DNA from: a virus
Length of the DNA stretch: 64,000 nt
Strand: one strand, 5' to 3'
IMG/VR virus record: IMGVR_UViG_3300034062_007329
Coordinates: 1-64,000 of that record
The position numbers and the translations under genes were made by a program. Position 1 is the stretch's first letter, and every line of letters begins with the position of its first letter. Under the pieces are notes generated by a model. The model was not told where the DNA came from and did not search any database. It saw only the letters and a program-made list of their open reading frames with translations. Below, one piece after another: positions 1 through 10,780 of the stretch.

Positions 1-2
1 AG

Positions 3-890
3 TACAACAAAATTGATCATATTGCTGGAATCGTTCCAATTGGCGGAAAGGCTCTTGATTTCCAAATGCCTTGGCACGATGCACTAATTCCAGTTGCTCC
101 AGATTATTTAGCAATTGAGCAAGCGGTTTATCAATGCGCCGTTGCTGGTTGCGATACAATTTGGATTGTTGGTCATAAAGGAACAACGCCATTAGTTCGT
201 CATAGACTTGGTGATATAGTAATTGATCCTAATTCAATTCCAGGATCGGAACAATTTCACTTTGCAAGACGCAAAGAAATACCAATTTTCTATGTTCCAA
301 TCCTACCAAAAGATTATGACAGGCGCGATAGTTTAGGATGGAGCGTTTTACACGGAGCAGATGTTGCTTTCCGTGTTTGCTGTTTTATTAGTAAATGGGT
401 TGCACCAACACGATATTTTTGTGCGTTTCCATATGGAATCACATCGGTTGAATTTATAAAGGAGAATAGGGAGAAGTTTTTTACTGGAGAAGTACCAACG
501 ATCTTCTCATATGGCGGCAAAAATGTTAAGGACGGGTTGCATATACCATTTCTGTTCAGCGCAGGAGACTATAAAAAATGTAGAGATATAGTAAAAAAGA
601 AGAATATAGAAGATTGGGAGAAGAGAAAAGAACGGGATGCAAGAGAATTTACTCTGCAAGAAATATTCGAGCCACTTGACATCTCTAATGGTTCTGTGGT
701 AGAGTTACCTTGGTTCTACGACATCGGTTCGTGGGCAAATTATTGCAAATATACTTCAAGTGAACAAGCTCTACTATTAAAGAAGCATAAAGAAGTTTTT
801 ATAAGAGAGAAGAGAAGAATATTTCCTACAGAGAGAGAAATAAATGGTGAAGGAAAACTGGAAGAAGAAGTACGAGGATCTGAAGAATAA
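3..890 (+). CDS. Nucleotidyltransferase-like (NTP_transferase N-terminal fold) protein, 5'-truncated by window
   Basis: Frame is open from position 3 (YNKIDHIAGIVPIGGKALDFQMPWHDALIPVA...AGCDTIWIVG), resembling the sugar-1-phosphate nucleotidyltransferase N-terminus; C-terminal WFYDIGSW. Confidence 0.55.
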   Translation, partial: YNKIDHIAGIVPIGGKALDFQMPWHDALIPVAPDYLAIEQAVYQCAVAGCDTIWIVGHKGTTPLVRHRLGDIVIDPNSIPGSEQFHFARRKEIPIFYVPILPKDYDRRDSLGWSVLHGADVAFRVCCFISKWVAPTRYFCAFPYGITSVEFIKENREKFFTGEVPTIFSYGGKNVKDGLHIPFLFSAGDYKKCRDIVKKKNIEDWEKRKERDAREFTLQEIFEPLDISNGSVVELPWFYDIGSWANYCKYTSSEQALLLKKHKEVFIREKRRIFPTEREINGEGKLEEEVRGSEE

Positions 891-1059
891 TTTTGATCGT
901 CTTGACAGACATAATGATGTGTTGTATCGTCTATTTGTAGCTGCAAGAAAACTCAGAAATAATGGTCACGATAGAGATATTATTGCGGAAGCATCTCAGG
1001 AATTATTTGCCGCCATTGGTGACGTTGAAAACTTTGAGAGGAATTTAAAAAATGACTGA
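844..1059 (+). CDS. Hypothetical protein
   Basis: 71-aa ORF overlapping both neighbours. Confidence 0.55.
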   Translation: MVKENWKKKYEDLKNNFDRLDRHNDVLYRLFVAARKLRNNGHDRDIIAEASQELFAAIGDVENFERNLKND

Positions 1060-4000
1060 TCGCAAGAAATCTTCACTAAAATTTACAAATCTTCACGGAC
1101 ACGATACCTTTTCTATTTTTGATGGAATGGGATATCCTGACGAACATATTGATTTTGCGTATGGCAATGGTTTGGACGGAATGGCGTTTACAAACCACGG
1201 CTCAATGAATTCGTTCTCTTATGCTTTTATGAAAGCTAAGAAAATGAAAGACGAAGGCAAGACTGACTTTAAAGTTATTTATGGCATCGAAGCTTATATT
1301 CACCCGTCTATCCCAGAATGGAAGAAGGAAAAGGTTAAGCACAACGAAGATGCTAAACTTGCAAAACAAGTTGACGACGATGTTGGTCTTGTCGTGGAAG
1401 ATGAAAGCGAAACTAAAAAGGGTAAACATGGAACACTTAATCAACGTAGCCACCTTGTCCTTGTGGCGCAAAACCAAACAGGACTCAATAACCTTTTCAA
1501 AATGGTTAGCGACTCCTATCGTGGCGATAACTTCTATCGTTTTCCCCGTATGGACTACGAGCTACTTAAGCGATATTCTGATGGAATCATTGCTTCTACA
1601 GCCTGTATTGGCGGTATCCTTGGCAATGATTACTGGCGTAATCGTGACAATGGCGATTCAGCGGTTCTTGCCGCAATGGAACAAACTGTCAAGCAAATGA
1701 TGGAAATCTTTGGTGATCGCTTTTATGGCGAACTGCAATGGGCTATGAATCCAGACCAACATAGGATCAATCAATTTATTATCCAGCTGTCAAAGCAATA
1801 TGGATTTAAGTTGGTCACAACCTGCGATGCTCATTATCCTTCTCCCGATCTTTGGAAGGATCGTGAGATCTATAAAATGCTTGGTTGGCTTGGAAAGAAT
1901 AAGGATGAACTGAGCATTGGAAATCTTCCTGTTTCTTTGGAAGAAATGGCATATCAGCTTTATCCAAAAAATGGTGATCAATTATATGAATTCTATAAGC
2001 TTACTTCTAAAAAACTTGGCTTTTCTTATGACGATAAGCTTATTGCTGAAAGCATTGAGAGAACGTCAGAAATTGCAGCAACGAGAATTGAAAGCTATAC
2101 GCCAGACACAACCATCAAACTTCCGTCGTTCGTAGTTCCAGAAGGCGAAACTGCTGATGATATGCTTGTGAAGATCGCTATTGATAATCTAAAAAAGCAT
2201 AATCTTCATAAGGATAGCGAATATGTTGCTCGCTTAAAGGAAGAATTACACACGATTAAAGATCGTGGTTTCTCAAAATACTTCCTTACAATGAAGACTA
2301 TTGCCGACAAGTCAAAAGAAAAGCAATTGTGTGGAGCTGGTCGTGGATCAGGCGCTGGTTCGCTTGTTTCTTATTTGTTGAATATTACTGAGGTTGACCC
2401 AATTAAGTATAAACTCCAGTTCTCACGATTCATTCGTAAGAATGCTAAGGATTATCCTGATATTGACTTTGACGTTTCCGATCCAATGGAAATCAAAGAA
2501 ACAATGATTAAAGAATTTGGTGAGGATTGTGTTGTTCCGATCTCAAACTACAATACTCTACAAATTCGTTCGCTCATCAAGGATATTTCTAAGCTCTATG
2601 ATATTAACTTCCAAGAAGTAAACGAAGTAACAAGCAAAATGTTGAATGAAGCAACGCCAGTTTGCAAGCGTCTGCACAATATTACAGCTGGTGTTTATAA
2701 CCCAACTTGGGAAGAGCTAAAAGAGCATTCACCATCGCTTGTTTCATTCCTTGGAAAATATCCGCACGTCGCAACGCACGTTGAAAACTTGCAAGGACAG
2801 ATTCGTTCAATTTCAAGACACGCTGGCGGTGTGCTATTTGCCGACAATCTAAATCAAAGAATGCCGCTCATTAACAGTGGTGGTGTAATTCAAACTCCTT
2901 GGACCGAAGGACAAACTGTACGTCATTTGGAGCCATTGGGCTTTATTAAGTTTGACGTTCTTGGTTTGGCTTCGTTGCGAATGGTTGAAACTTGTATTGA
3001 ACATATTTTAAAACGTCATCACGGCATCAAAGAACCAACGTTCAAAGATATTAAGAAATATTACGACGAGCATCTAAGTCCAGAAAAGATTAATCTGAAC
3101 GATAAGGCTGTTTACGAAAGCGTATTCCAAAATGGTAATTTCTGTGGAACATTCCAGTTCACAAATAATGGTGCTAAGAAATTCTGTATGGATGCCAAAC
3201 CAGAAAATATTGTAGATATTGCTGCCATCACATCTATTTATCGTCCTGGTCCATTATCTGCAAACGTGCATACAAAATATGTTGAAGCAAAAAAGGATCC
3301 AAGCAGCGTTCTTTATATGCACGATCTTGTTCGTGAAGTAACGGAAGAAACATATGGGTTTATTGTCTTCCAAGAGCAATTGAGCTTGCTTGCTCATAAG
3401 CTTGGAAAGGATATTTCGCTTGATGAAGGCAATGAATTACGTAAAGTTCTAACTAAAAAAGGAACAGGTAAGGAAGCTGCTGTTAAGGAGAAACTATATG
3501 GAAAATTTGTCGAAGGATGCAAAGAAAAAGGAATCGCAGAAGTTGATGCGATCAATCTCTGGAAAACTATGGAATTCTTCTCTGGTTACGGCTTCAACCT
3601 TAGCCATGCTGTGTGCTATTCCATTCTATCTTACCAGTGTGCCTATCTTTTTCACTATTACCCTGCTGAATGGCTCGCAGCATTCTTGGATAAGGAACCC
3701 GAAGATCGTAAAGAGGCTGCAATCGCGTCTGCTAAATCATTTGGATACACGATAAGAAAGGTGGACATTAATAGTTCTGGGGTCAAGTGGGAAGTTGATG
3801 CAAAAGACCCCAAAATTTTGATTCAACCGCTATCCTCAATTAAGGGTCTTGGTGAAACTGCGGTTGAGCAGATTATGAAATATCGTCCATTTAAAAACGC
3901 GGAGCATCTGCTGTTCCATCCAGAAGTTACATATAGCAAGCTAAACAAAAAAGCTCTTGATTCGCTAACACGAAGTGAAGCCCTTGATTGTTTGGTCGAT

Positions 4001-4486
4001 AAGCGATTTACTGGCTTAAAGCACTTTTGGTCAGCTTGTGTTGTTGATCGTCCAAAAACACCAAAGAAGCTTGAGGAAAACATTGAAAAATATAAACCAG
4101 AAGGTGACTTTACATTAGAGGAAAAGATTGATAATCTAACATCCTTGTCAGGTATGTATCCTGTAAATCTTGTTATGGACCCACAAATTCTTAAAAGATT
4201 GGAAGAAAAGTATATTCCAGCAATTGGTGAATACGATCCAGAACTTGGAGAATTAGCTTGGTTTATTCCGCGAAACGTTACAGAGAAGAAAACAAAGAAT
4301 GGTAAAATTTACTGGATCTTAGAGGTTACAGACACAACAAATAAATTGACAAATATCAAGTGTTGGGGAATTGATCCGAAAAAAGATAAGGTCTGGACAA
4401 ACCGTCCGTACCTTGGTAAACTACAGCATGATGACTGGGGCTTCTCGACCCGCAGCATCAAGTATAATTTCAAACTATTGGGGTAA
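1052..4486 (+). CDS. dnaE: DNA polymerase III alpha subunit (family C)
   Basis: PHP motifs (NLHGHDTFSIFDG, AFTNHG, TCDAHY), GAGRGSGAGSLVSYLLNITEVDP, PDIDFD, SRHAGGV, KFDVLGL, YGFNLSHA; 1144 aa, no intein-sized insertion. Confidence 0.97.
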   Translation: MTDRKKSSLKFTNLHGHDTFSIFDGMGYPDEHIDFAYGNGLDGMAFTNHGSMNSFSYAFMKAKKMKDEGKTDFKVIYGIEAYIHPSIPEWKKEKVKHNEDAKLAKQVDDDVGLVVEDESETKKGKHGTLNQRSHLVLVAQNQTGLNNLFKMVSDSYRGDNFYRFPRMDYELLKRYSDGIIASTACIGGILGNDYWRNRDNGDSAVLAAMEQTVKQMMEIFGDRFYGELQWAMNPDQHRINQFIIQLSKQYGFKLVTTCDAHYPSPDLWKDREIYKMLGWLGKNKDELSIGNLPVSLEEMAYQLYPKNGDQLYEFYKLTSKKLGFSYDDKLIAESIERTSEIAATRIESYTPDTTIKLPSFVVPEGETADDMLVKIAIDNLKKHNLHKDSEYVARLKEELHTIKDRGFSKYFLTMKTIADKSKEKQLCGAGRGSGAGSLVSYLLNITEVDPIKYKLQFSRFIRKNAKDYPDIDFDVSDPMEIKETMIKEFGEDCVVPISNYNTLQIRSLIKDISKLYDINFQEVNEVTSKMLNEATPVCKRLHNITAGVYNPTWEELKEHSPSLVSFLGKYPHVATHVENLQGQIRSISRHAGGVLFADNLNQRMPLINSGGVIQTPWTEGQTVRHLEPLGFIKFDVLGLASLRMVETCIEHILKRHHGIKEPTFKDIKKYYDEHLSPEKINLNDKAVYESVFQNGNFCGTFQFTNNGAKKFCMDAKPENIVDIAAITSIYRPGPLSANVHTKYVEAKKDPSSVLYMHDLVREVTEETYGFIVFQEQLSLLAHKLGKDISLDEGNELRKVLTKKGTGKEAAVKEKLYGKFVEGCKEKGIAEVDAINLWKTMEFFSGYGFNLSHAVCYSILSYQCAYLFHYYPAEWLAAFLDKEPEDRKEAAIASAKSFGYTIRKVDINSSGVKWEVDAKDPKILIQPLSSIKGLGETAVEQIMKYRPFKNAEHLLFHPEVTYSKLNKKALDSLTRSEALDCLVDKRFTGLKHFWSACVVDRPKTPKKLEENIEKYKPEGDFTLEEKIDNLTSLSGMYPVNLVMDPQILKRLEEKYIPAIGEYDPELGELAWFIPRNVTEKKTKNGKIYWILEVTDTTNKLTNIKCWGIDPKKDKVWTNRPYLGKLQHDDWGFSTRSIKYNFKLLG

Positions 4487-4490
4487 AAGT

Positions 4491-4694
4491 ATGAATGCTT
4501 ATGTTGTGTCCTATTTTGCTGTAAATTTTATGCTTCTGCTACAGATGATAAAGAACTTATATTTTACACCTCACACTAAAGAATACTTAGAAGAAAGAAA
4601 AGCAGAAATAAACCTTTTTATTCCTCTAACAATTTTGTTTGGAGCAGTTCTATTTTTAATTGCTTATTTCGATGAAATGACGAACGGAGAATGA
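4491..4694 (+). CDS. Small membrane protein
   Basis: Two hydrophobic segments; ATG 4 nt after the dnaE stop. Confidence 0.5.
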   Translation: MNAYVVSYFAVNFMLLLQMIKNLYFTPHTKEYLEERKAEINLFIPLTILFGAVLFLIAYFDEMTNGE

Positions 4695-4695
4695 A

Positions 4696-5943
4696 TTGAA
4701 ATTATTTAGTATTCACTACGCGGATGATCTAAAATTAGTAGAAAAAAATCATAAAAAATTTTGTGCTAACAATGGCATAGAGTATAATAAATTCAGAGCT
4801 TCTCCAAGCGCTGCACTGAAGTATAGTTTTATACTTCAGGAGTTACAAAGAAATTTCGGGGAAACGCTTATTTTTATAGACTCAAGCTGCTACTTTAATA
4901 AATTTAAAACAAAATTTGATTTTAATAAATCAAAAATTTGGTTTCAAAAAGAAAAAAATTATTCATTTGATAATTTTATTGTTATCAAAAGCGATGAAGA
5001 AACTATAAAACTATTTTCAAAAATATCTTTTGATATTGACAAAACGACATTTGGAAAATTTTATACTGAACCGATTCACATAGACATACCAGAAAAGTAT
5101 ATAATACCACATTCATATAGAGAAAATGATCAATATTTTTGTTTAAGAATTGGCATGTGCAACGATTATAGCCAAATAGAGGAAAGTTTAGTGCTATCTA
5201 CAGATAGTGTCCTTACAGAAGAAAAAGGTCTTTTTTTTGCTGAAGCCTGTTGTGCTGCCAAAGAGATAAAACAAGAAAATTTAGATTCTAAATTAGATTT
5301 TGAAATTATTAATCCAAATAAAACTAAAGCATTGGTAATGCTATATACCGACGAAATTAAAGAATATGGTGCTACTTCTGAAGAATCTATCAAATCATTT
5401 TGTCAAAAAAATGACCATACGCTGTATGTCTATAGAAAAGTGCCAGAATTGCTAAAAAGAATGTCTGGGTCTTGGACGAAGCCGTTTGTGTTATTGAAAC
5501 ACATGAAAGATCATGAGTTTATTGGATGGATTGACGGTGATATTTTAATTGGAGAAGATTTTAAGAATATTTTTGAAGATGATGTGGCGATATTCAGAGA
5601 TCCCTCTGGCTGGTTGTTTAACTCTGGTTTTATGATGTTCAAAAACACCCAGAAAAATTATGATCTCTTAATGAAGATCGTACATGAGATAGGCAAATTG
5701 GAAAACTTAAATGGTGTTTATAACTATGGAGGAGATCAAAAACTTTTTATAGAATTCTTAAAAAAAGATTACCCATATATGTTACCATTGAGTAGTAGAT
5801 TTGCTAATACGCATCCTGTTTCACCAGAACAAATTAATCCAAGAGCAAGCAAAGATAAAATGATACACTTTATGGGATTTAAAAAAATACTAAGAAGCGA
5901 GTTGATTAAAGGCTATAATGCTTTAATGAGGAAACAAAAATGA
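4696..5943 (+). CDS. Glycosyltransferase (GT-A, GMA12/MNN10-like), apparently two tandem domains
   Basis: C-terminal SWTKP, WIDGD (DxD), FNSGFMMFKN, GDQ, IHFMG; degenerate N-terminal copy (LIFIDSS). Confidence 0.7.
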   Translation: MKLFSIHYADDLKLVEKNHKKFCANNGIEYNKFRASPSAALKYSFILQELQRNFGETLIFIDSSCYFNKFKTKFDFNKSKIWFQKEKNYSFDNFIVIKSDEETIKLFSKISFDIDKTTFGKFYTEPIHIDIPEKYIIPHSYRENDQYFCLRIGMCNDYSQIEESLVLSTDSVLTEEKGLFFAEACCAAKEIKQENLDSKLDFEIINPNKTKALVMLYTDEIKEYGATSEESIKSFCQKNDHTLYVYRKVPELLKRMSGSWTKPFVLLKHMKDHEFIGWIDGDILIGEDFKNIFEDDVAIFRDPSGWLFNSGFMMFKNTQKNYDLLMKIVHEIGKLENLNGVYNYGGDQKLFIEFLKKDYPYMLPLSSRFANTHPVSPEQINPRASKDKMIHFMGFKKILRSELIKGYNALMRKQK

Positions 5944-6164
5944 ATTGGAAATTAGTTCACGAAGATGTTGCCATCAATACCGATAGTAGTGTAGTATCAA
6001 GAACACACATGATACTTGAAAAAGATGGCGTCCAAATCCATCTTGGAGTGCTCGACAAGCAAGAAGAACACGCCCTTGGTGCCAAAAGAGTGCTGGTAGA
6101 CACAGCTAATATGCTTAGGCGTTTAGCACATGAAATGGAAAACAAAGCTGACAAGCTTTATTAG
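5940..6164 (+). CDS. Hypothetical protein
   Basis: ATGA overlap with upstream gene. Confidence 0.55.
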   Translation: MNWKLVHEDVAINTDSSVVSRTHMILEKDGVQIHLGVLDKQEEHALGAKRVLVDTANMLRRLAHEMENKADKLY

Positions 6165-6172
6165 GAGAAAAT

Positions 6173-6634
6173 ATGACAACGATTATGTTCCCAGAAACAG
6201 TAAAATTACAATGGAAGCCCCTGACAGAAACAGCTAAAGCCCCGCAGAAAGCGCATGCAGAAGATGCTGCTTGGGATCTTTTTGCTGATTGCCCAGATAA
6301 AGGAATTGACATCAACCCAGGACAAACAAAAATCGTACCAACTGGTTTAGCCATTATGCCACCAAAAGGATGGGCATGTGATATTCGTGGTCGTAGCGGA
6401 ATGAATAGTAAGGGAAAGTTTGTTATCCTTGGTCTTGTAGATTCTTTTTATACTGGTCCTTGGGGTGTTGTTGTGCATAACGGCACAAACGATATTATTA
6501 CAATAAATCATCATGACAAATTAGCACAGTTTACTGTGCAAAGGGTATATGAAAGCTCATTAGTAAGAGTTGAAGAATTCAACGATCAGGGAACACGTGG
6601 AAGCGGTGGATTTGGATCAAGCGGTGTAAAATGA
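6173..6634 (+). CDS. dut: Trimeric dUTPase
   Basis: DAAWDL, GRSG, GLVDSFYTG, LAQF, RGSGGFGSSG; AGGAG RBS. Confidence 0.95.
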   Translation: MTTIMFPETVKLQWKPLTETAKAPQKAHAEDAAWDLFADCPDKGIDINPGQTKIVPTGLAIMPPKGWACDIRGRSGMNSKGKFVILGLVDSFYTGPWGVVVHNGTNDIITINHHDKLAQFTVQRVYESSLVRVEEFNDQGTRGSGGFGSSGVK

Positions 6635-6852
6635 ATAGAAAAGAGCGTAGAGCGGCAGAAAAAATGATGGGTAAAGAAACGGCACAAAAAGCGAGCCTAA
6701 TGCTTTCCATCCCAGAGAAGTGCTTGACTTGTGACTCAAGATTTGATAAAAAGAGTAGAGAGCACGCGATGACTTGGTATGTTGAAGTCTTTGAATCGCA
6801 AAAAAGAGTCGATTTATATTGTCCTGCGTGTCAAGAAAAGAGGAAAAAATGA
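6631..6852 (+). CDS. Small CxxC...CxxC zinc-binding protein
   Basis: CLTC and CPAC; MNRKERR start. Confidence 0.6.
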   Translation: MNRKERRAAEKMMGKETAQKASLMLSIPEKCLTCDSRFDKKSREHAMTWYVEVFESQKRVDLYCPACQEKRKK

Positions 6853-7880
6853 AAGAAGCTCTAACTTACGATGACGTACTACTCGTTCCAAAATTCTCCG
6901 ATATTGAGAGTAGAGCAAATATTAGCTTGGAAAGTGAACTTGATGTATCTTTAAAGTTTAATACCCCAATCATTGCCAGCCCAATGGATACAGTAAGCGG
7001 TGAAAATATGGCAATTAAACTGTCGCAATTAGGTGGCGTAGCAGTAATTCATAGATACAATACAATTGAACAACAATGTGAAATTGTTAGGAGCGTTAAA
7101 AGAGTTGGTGAGCGCGTTGGCGCTGCTGTTGGAACAACTGGCGATTTCTTAGAAAGAGTGACAAGACTAAAGAACGCTGGGGTTGACTTCATCTGTATTG
7201 ATGTTGCTCATGGACATCACAAAATGGTTTATGACGCAATTACTAAAATTCGCGCTGCTTTCCCATTTTTACATATTATGGCAGGGAATGTTGCCACCGC
7301 CGAGGCATTTGAAGCTTTGCAATCATGGGGTGCAGATTCAATCCGTGTAGGAATCGGTGGAGGCTCTATTTGCTCTACTCGCATTCAAACAGGGCATGGC
7401 GTTCCAAACGTTAGCGCGATTATGGAATGCGCTGAAGTCGCCACTTCAGCTAAACTTATTGCTGATGGCGGTATCAAAAATGCTGGCGATATCGTTAAAG
7501 CTTTAGCCGCTGGAGCAGACTTTGTAATGTTAGGTTCTATTCTTGCTGGAACAGATGAATCTCCTGGCGAAGTTATTGAATCTGTTTTGCATGGCACTAA
7601 GATGAAGTCTTATCGCGGCATGGCAAGCCGTGAAGCGCAAGAGGAATGGCGCGGCAAGTCTTCAGCACCAGAAGGAATTTCTACTATGGTTCCGTATAAA
7701 GGACCAGTAGAATTTATTTTTAATGATCTGGTGGGAAATATTAAAAGCGGGCTATCATATACTGGTGCTGTGACTATTAGTGGTTTACAGAGTAGATCTG
7801 AATTTATTCGCCAAACCTCCGCTGGTCAGCATGAAAGCTCAACACACATTCTTTCAAAAACTCCATTTGGACACAGATAA
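6849..7880 (+). CDS. IMP dehydrogenase/GMP reductase family enzyme (no CBS domain; probably GMP reductase-like)
   Basis: ALTYDDVLLVP, SPMDTV, DVAHGH, AGNVAT, VGIGGGSICSTR, IADGGI, YRGMAS, PEG; no IMPDH flap Arg-Tyr dyad. Confidence 0.9.
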   Translation: MKEALTYDDVLLVPKFSDIESRANISLESELDVSLKFNTPIIASPMDTVSGENMAIKLSQLGGVAVIHRYNTIEQQCEIVRSVKRVGERVGAAVGTTGDFLERVTRLKNAGVDFICIDVAHGHHKMVYDAITKIRAAFPFLHIMAGNVATAEAFEALQSWGADSIRVGIGGGSICSTRIQTGHGVPNVSAIMECAEVATSAKLIADGGIKNAGDIVKALAAGADFVMLGSILAGTDESPGEVIESVLHGTKMKSYRGMASREAQEEWRGKSSAPEGISTMVPYKGPVEFIFNDLVGNIKSGLSYTGAVTISGLQSRSEFIRQTSAGQHESSTHILSKTPFGHR

Positions 7881-8194
7881 TGGATACTGGATGGAAAAGA
7901 TATACTTTCTATATTAATTCCACCGCTCATGCGGATATGCGTATTAAACTTCGCCATGATGAAGTCCCACAACAAACATTCTTTAAAATGCTCATAAAAG
8001 CATACATCGAGGATAATACGCATATGCGAGAGTTAATAAAAGAATTAAATGCAGAAAAGCTCGGAAAGCGCTCTTTGAAAAAAATGAAAAAAGATGAAAA
8101 ACTTGCCACAGAACAAGAAGAGTGGTTCGGTTTAAGTGAAGAAGAAATAACAGATATTTATGACCAAATAGAAATGGATGATAATAATGAGTGA
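7880..8194 (+). CDS. Hypothetical protein
   Basis: 104-aa ORF translationally coupled to upstream gene. Confidence 0.6.
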   Translation: MDTGWKRYTFYINSTAHADMRIKLRHDEVPQQTFFKMLIKAYIEDNTHMRELIKELNAEKLGKRSLKKMKKDEKLATEQEEWFGLSEEEITDIYDQIEMDDNNE

Positions 8195-8444
8195 ATATAA
8201 GTTTACAACATGTGTTGAAGCGTGCAAAACATTAGAAGAATCATGTCCAAATAGCGATTGTCGCAGCTGGATTAATTACGAAGAAGACCTAAATTGTACA
8301 CATATTGCAGTTCAAAAGCATGGTAGTATGACCTTGCGAGAAGTATCAAAAAGGATCGGGTGCAGTTTTGTACGAGTAAAACAGATAGAAGAAGATGTTT
8401 TAGAAAAAATTAAAGATCAAATGAACGATTCCAACTATTTATAA
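8187..8444 (+). CDS. Cys-rich protein with sigma70 region-4-like HTH
   Basis: MTLREVSKRIGCSFVRVKQIEEDVLEKIK matches the region 4.2 pattern TLxEVxxxxxxSxERVRQIE. Confidence 0.7.
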   Translation: MSEYKFTTCVEACKTLEESCPNSDCRSWINYEEDLNCTHIAVQKHGSMTLREVSKRIGCSFVRVKQIEEDVLEKIKDQMNDSNYL

Positions 8445-8517
8445 TGTTATAAAAAGTCTTTTTAATTTACGAGTTACTATTTATTTTAAATTTTAACAAT
8501 CTTTTAGGAGATAACAA

Positions 8518-9435
8518 ATGAGCAATAAGAAAAGTTTACTAACTGAATCAGAAATCCGTCGTTTTATGAAACTTGCCAACATCCCAGCAATCGGCAAGGA
8601 ACTTGTTAAAGAAGAAAGCGAAGCTATCAACCGTATTCAAGGCGACACCGAAGCAACAAGCGCCGTACTTCCAAGAAGCGAAGGCTATACGGCAGGAATG
8701 GAAGAAGAAGACCAAATGCCAGAATTAGATGATGCTGGCGGCGAAGAAGAAACAATGAAATTAGGCGACGAAGCAGCGGAAGGAGCTGGCGAAGAAGTAA
8801 GCGATGAGTTAGCTATGAAAGTCGCAAAAGCTGTATTAAGCGCTTTGGGCAAGGAAAGCGAATTTTCAGTAGAAGAAGAACCAGAAGCAGCAGCACCAGA
8901 ACAAGAGCCAAGTGAAGAAGAAGGCGAAGAAGGTGAAGAAGCTTCTGAAGAAGGTGAAGAAGAAGGTGAAGAAGAAGGTGAAGAAGAATTAGATGAAGCA
9001 GAGGAAGTAGAAGAAAGCGAAAAACTTGAAGAGTCAAAGTTGATAGAGACTATTCTTGCTCGCGTTACTGCTCGCTTAATTGCAGAAGCCAAGAAGAGCA
9101 AAATGTCAGCAGCAGAAAAGAAAAAGAAGGCAGAAGAAGCCAAGAAGAAAAAAGAAATGATGAAGAAAAAGGCAGCTGCTGCAAAAAATAAATTAGAAGA
9201 AGCTAACGCACCAGCCCCAAAATCAACAATGCCAAACGCATCAGCAGCTGGCGTTGCAAAAGGACATGGTCCCGGTTCAAAAGCTTTTGGAACCGATGAA
9301 AAGAAGAGCATGAAATGGAAACAAGGCAAGGGCGAAAAAGGTCACGAACTACAAACAGTCTCAGCATCAGCTGAACATATCGTTTCACACGGTAAGAAAA
9401 ACTTAGCTGTTCAAGGCGGAAATAAAAAAGGTTAA
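8518..9435 (+). CDS. Low-complexity acidic/basic protein, probably late or virion-associated
   Basis: AGGAG RBS; EEG repeats, Lys/Ala-rich segment; two ACTATTTA motifs upstream. Confidence 0.75.
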   Translation: MSNKKSLLTESEIRRFMKLANIPAIGKELVKEESEAINRIQGDTEATSAVLPRSEGYTAGMEEEDQMPELDDAGGEEETMKLGDEAAEGAGEEVSDELAMKVAKAVLSALGKESEFSVEEEPEAAAPEQEPSEEEGEEGEEASEEGEEEGEEEGEEELDEAEEVEESEKLEESKLIETILARVTARLIAEAKKSKMSAAEKKKKAEEAKKKKEMMKKKAAAAKNKLEEANAPAPKSTMPNASAAGVAKGHGPGSKAFGTDEKKSMKWKQGKGEKGHELQTVSASAEHIVSHGKKNLAVQGGNKKG

Positions 9436-9512
9436 TTAAGATTACCATATAAATATAAGGCACCGACATATCTCTAATGGTGTGTCGGTGTTTTACTATA
9501 AGGGAAAATAAA

Positions 9513-9779
9513 ATGCAAATCACAAAAGGTCAGCTAAGACAAATTATAGCAGAAGAGATGGAAAATATCGCCAATGAGGAAGAGGAGATGGATACTTTAA
9601 TTGAAAGCTATTCTTCTGTCTATCAAAGTGGCGAAAGCAGCGTTTCTAAAGACGCTCTTATCGACTTCCTTGAAGTATTAGAGGAGCAAAATATTCCAAA
9701 AGCAGCGTTAGAAGCTTTTATGGCGAATCTCCCAGAAGAAATGGTAGCTCCGTTATTAAAAGAAGTTGTAGAAGAATAA
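9513..9779 (+). CDS. Hypothetical protein with MxITKxxLxxIIxEE leader
   Basis: MQITKGQLRQIIAEE. Confidence 0.7.
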   Translation: MQITKGQLRQIIAEEMENIANEEEEMDTLIESYSSVYQSGESSVSKDALIDFLEVLEEQNIPKAALEAFMANLPEEMVAPLLKEVVEE

Positions 9780-9804
9780 GAGCTATGTTATAGTCATAAT
9801 ACAG

Positions 9805-9834
9805 ACCCGCTCCGTTATAAGGGGCGGGTTTTTT
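9805..9834 (+). terminator. Rho-independent terminator
   Basis: ACCCGCTCC/GGGGCGGGT stem followed by T-run. Confidence 0.75.
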
Positions 9835-9844
9835 ATTATCGGAG

Positions 9845-10780
9845 GTGAAAATGCAGGAATTGATAGTATTTTTATGCGTTGTAATTTTTTGGATGTTATA
9901 TAATATTGGAAAAAATGAGAATGATAGAAAGCAGATGCTAAAAGACATGGAACATAGATTTCTAATCGGTATGGCATACTCTGAATCTTACAAATATCAG
10001 ACACTAAAAGTGTTAGAAATTATATACGAAAAGGCTTCCGAGACTGATCCACAATTTAGAAAAGATTATGAAAAAATTTTGTACTCAACTGAAAAAAAAT
10101 TTGAACAATTTGGAGATGAGTGGGTTAAAAACATAAATGAAGTGCTTGGCTATAAAACGGAGTATAAAAACTGGAAGCAAGCGACTAAATATATTGAAAG
10201 GCTTTTAGCGGATACAAAAAAACAAGATGGATATAGAGACACAGATTAAGAGGATTTTAAAAAGCTATAAGACTATTGATGGCAATTTAATAAATTGTCA
10301 AAAAATTTTCGTAGCTAATTCTGTGTTAATATGGGCATTAGAAAATGTCAAAGAAAAAGAAAAAATAATATATTATATTCGTGAAGTAGAAAAGCACTTA
10401 AAAGATGAGATAACATTGTACTGGGAAGATGGTAGTATAAAGGTGAAAAGGAAAAGAAAATGAAAATGGATGCATATGCTTGGCGGAATGATGCGAATAC
10501 ATATGAATACAAAATTCAAGTAAACGATATAAAACACGGCGACAAAACAACTTTCTCAAAACTATTTAAAGAATGGCAAGAAAATGGTTACGGGTGGAAT
10601 ATAAAAGATAAAACAGAAATTAAGATTTTGACTAAAACCTTTAAATCAGAAAAAGAGTGGGTTGAATGGGCTAAAAAGTGCCCAATTAAAGTAGTGGAAC
10701 TTAAATACAGATCTGGTAAGGAAAAAATAATTCAACATTCTTGTAAAACAAGAAAGAAAAGAGCAAAGAAAAATGGCTAA
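9845..10780 (+). CDS. Three consecutive hypothetical genes (9845-10249, 10227-10463, 10460-10780)
   Basis: Overlapping start/stop organisation; first has an N-terminal TM segment. Confidence 0.6.

Noticed and set aside
1052-4486. Intein or split in DnaE
   Set aside because: Length and motif spacing are ordinary and no intein termini were seen.
8915-8990. GAAGAAGGT tandem repeat as a DNA element
   Set aside because: Explained by the EEG low-complexity protein segment.
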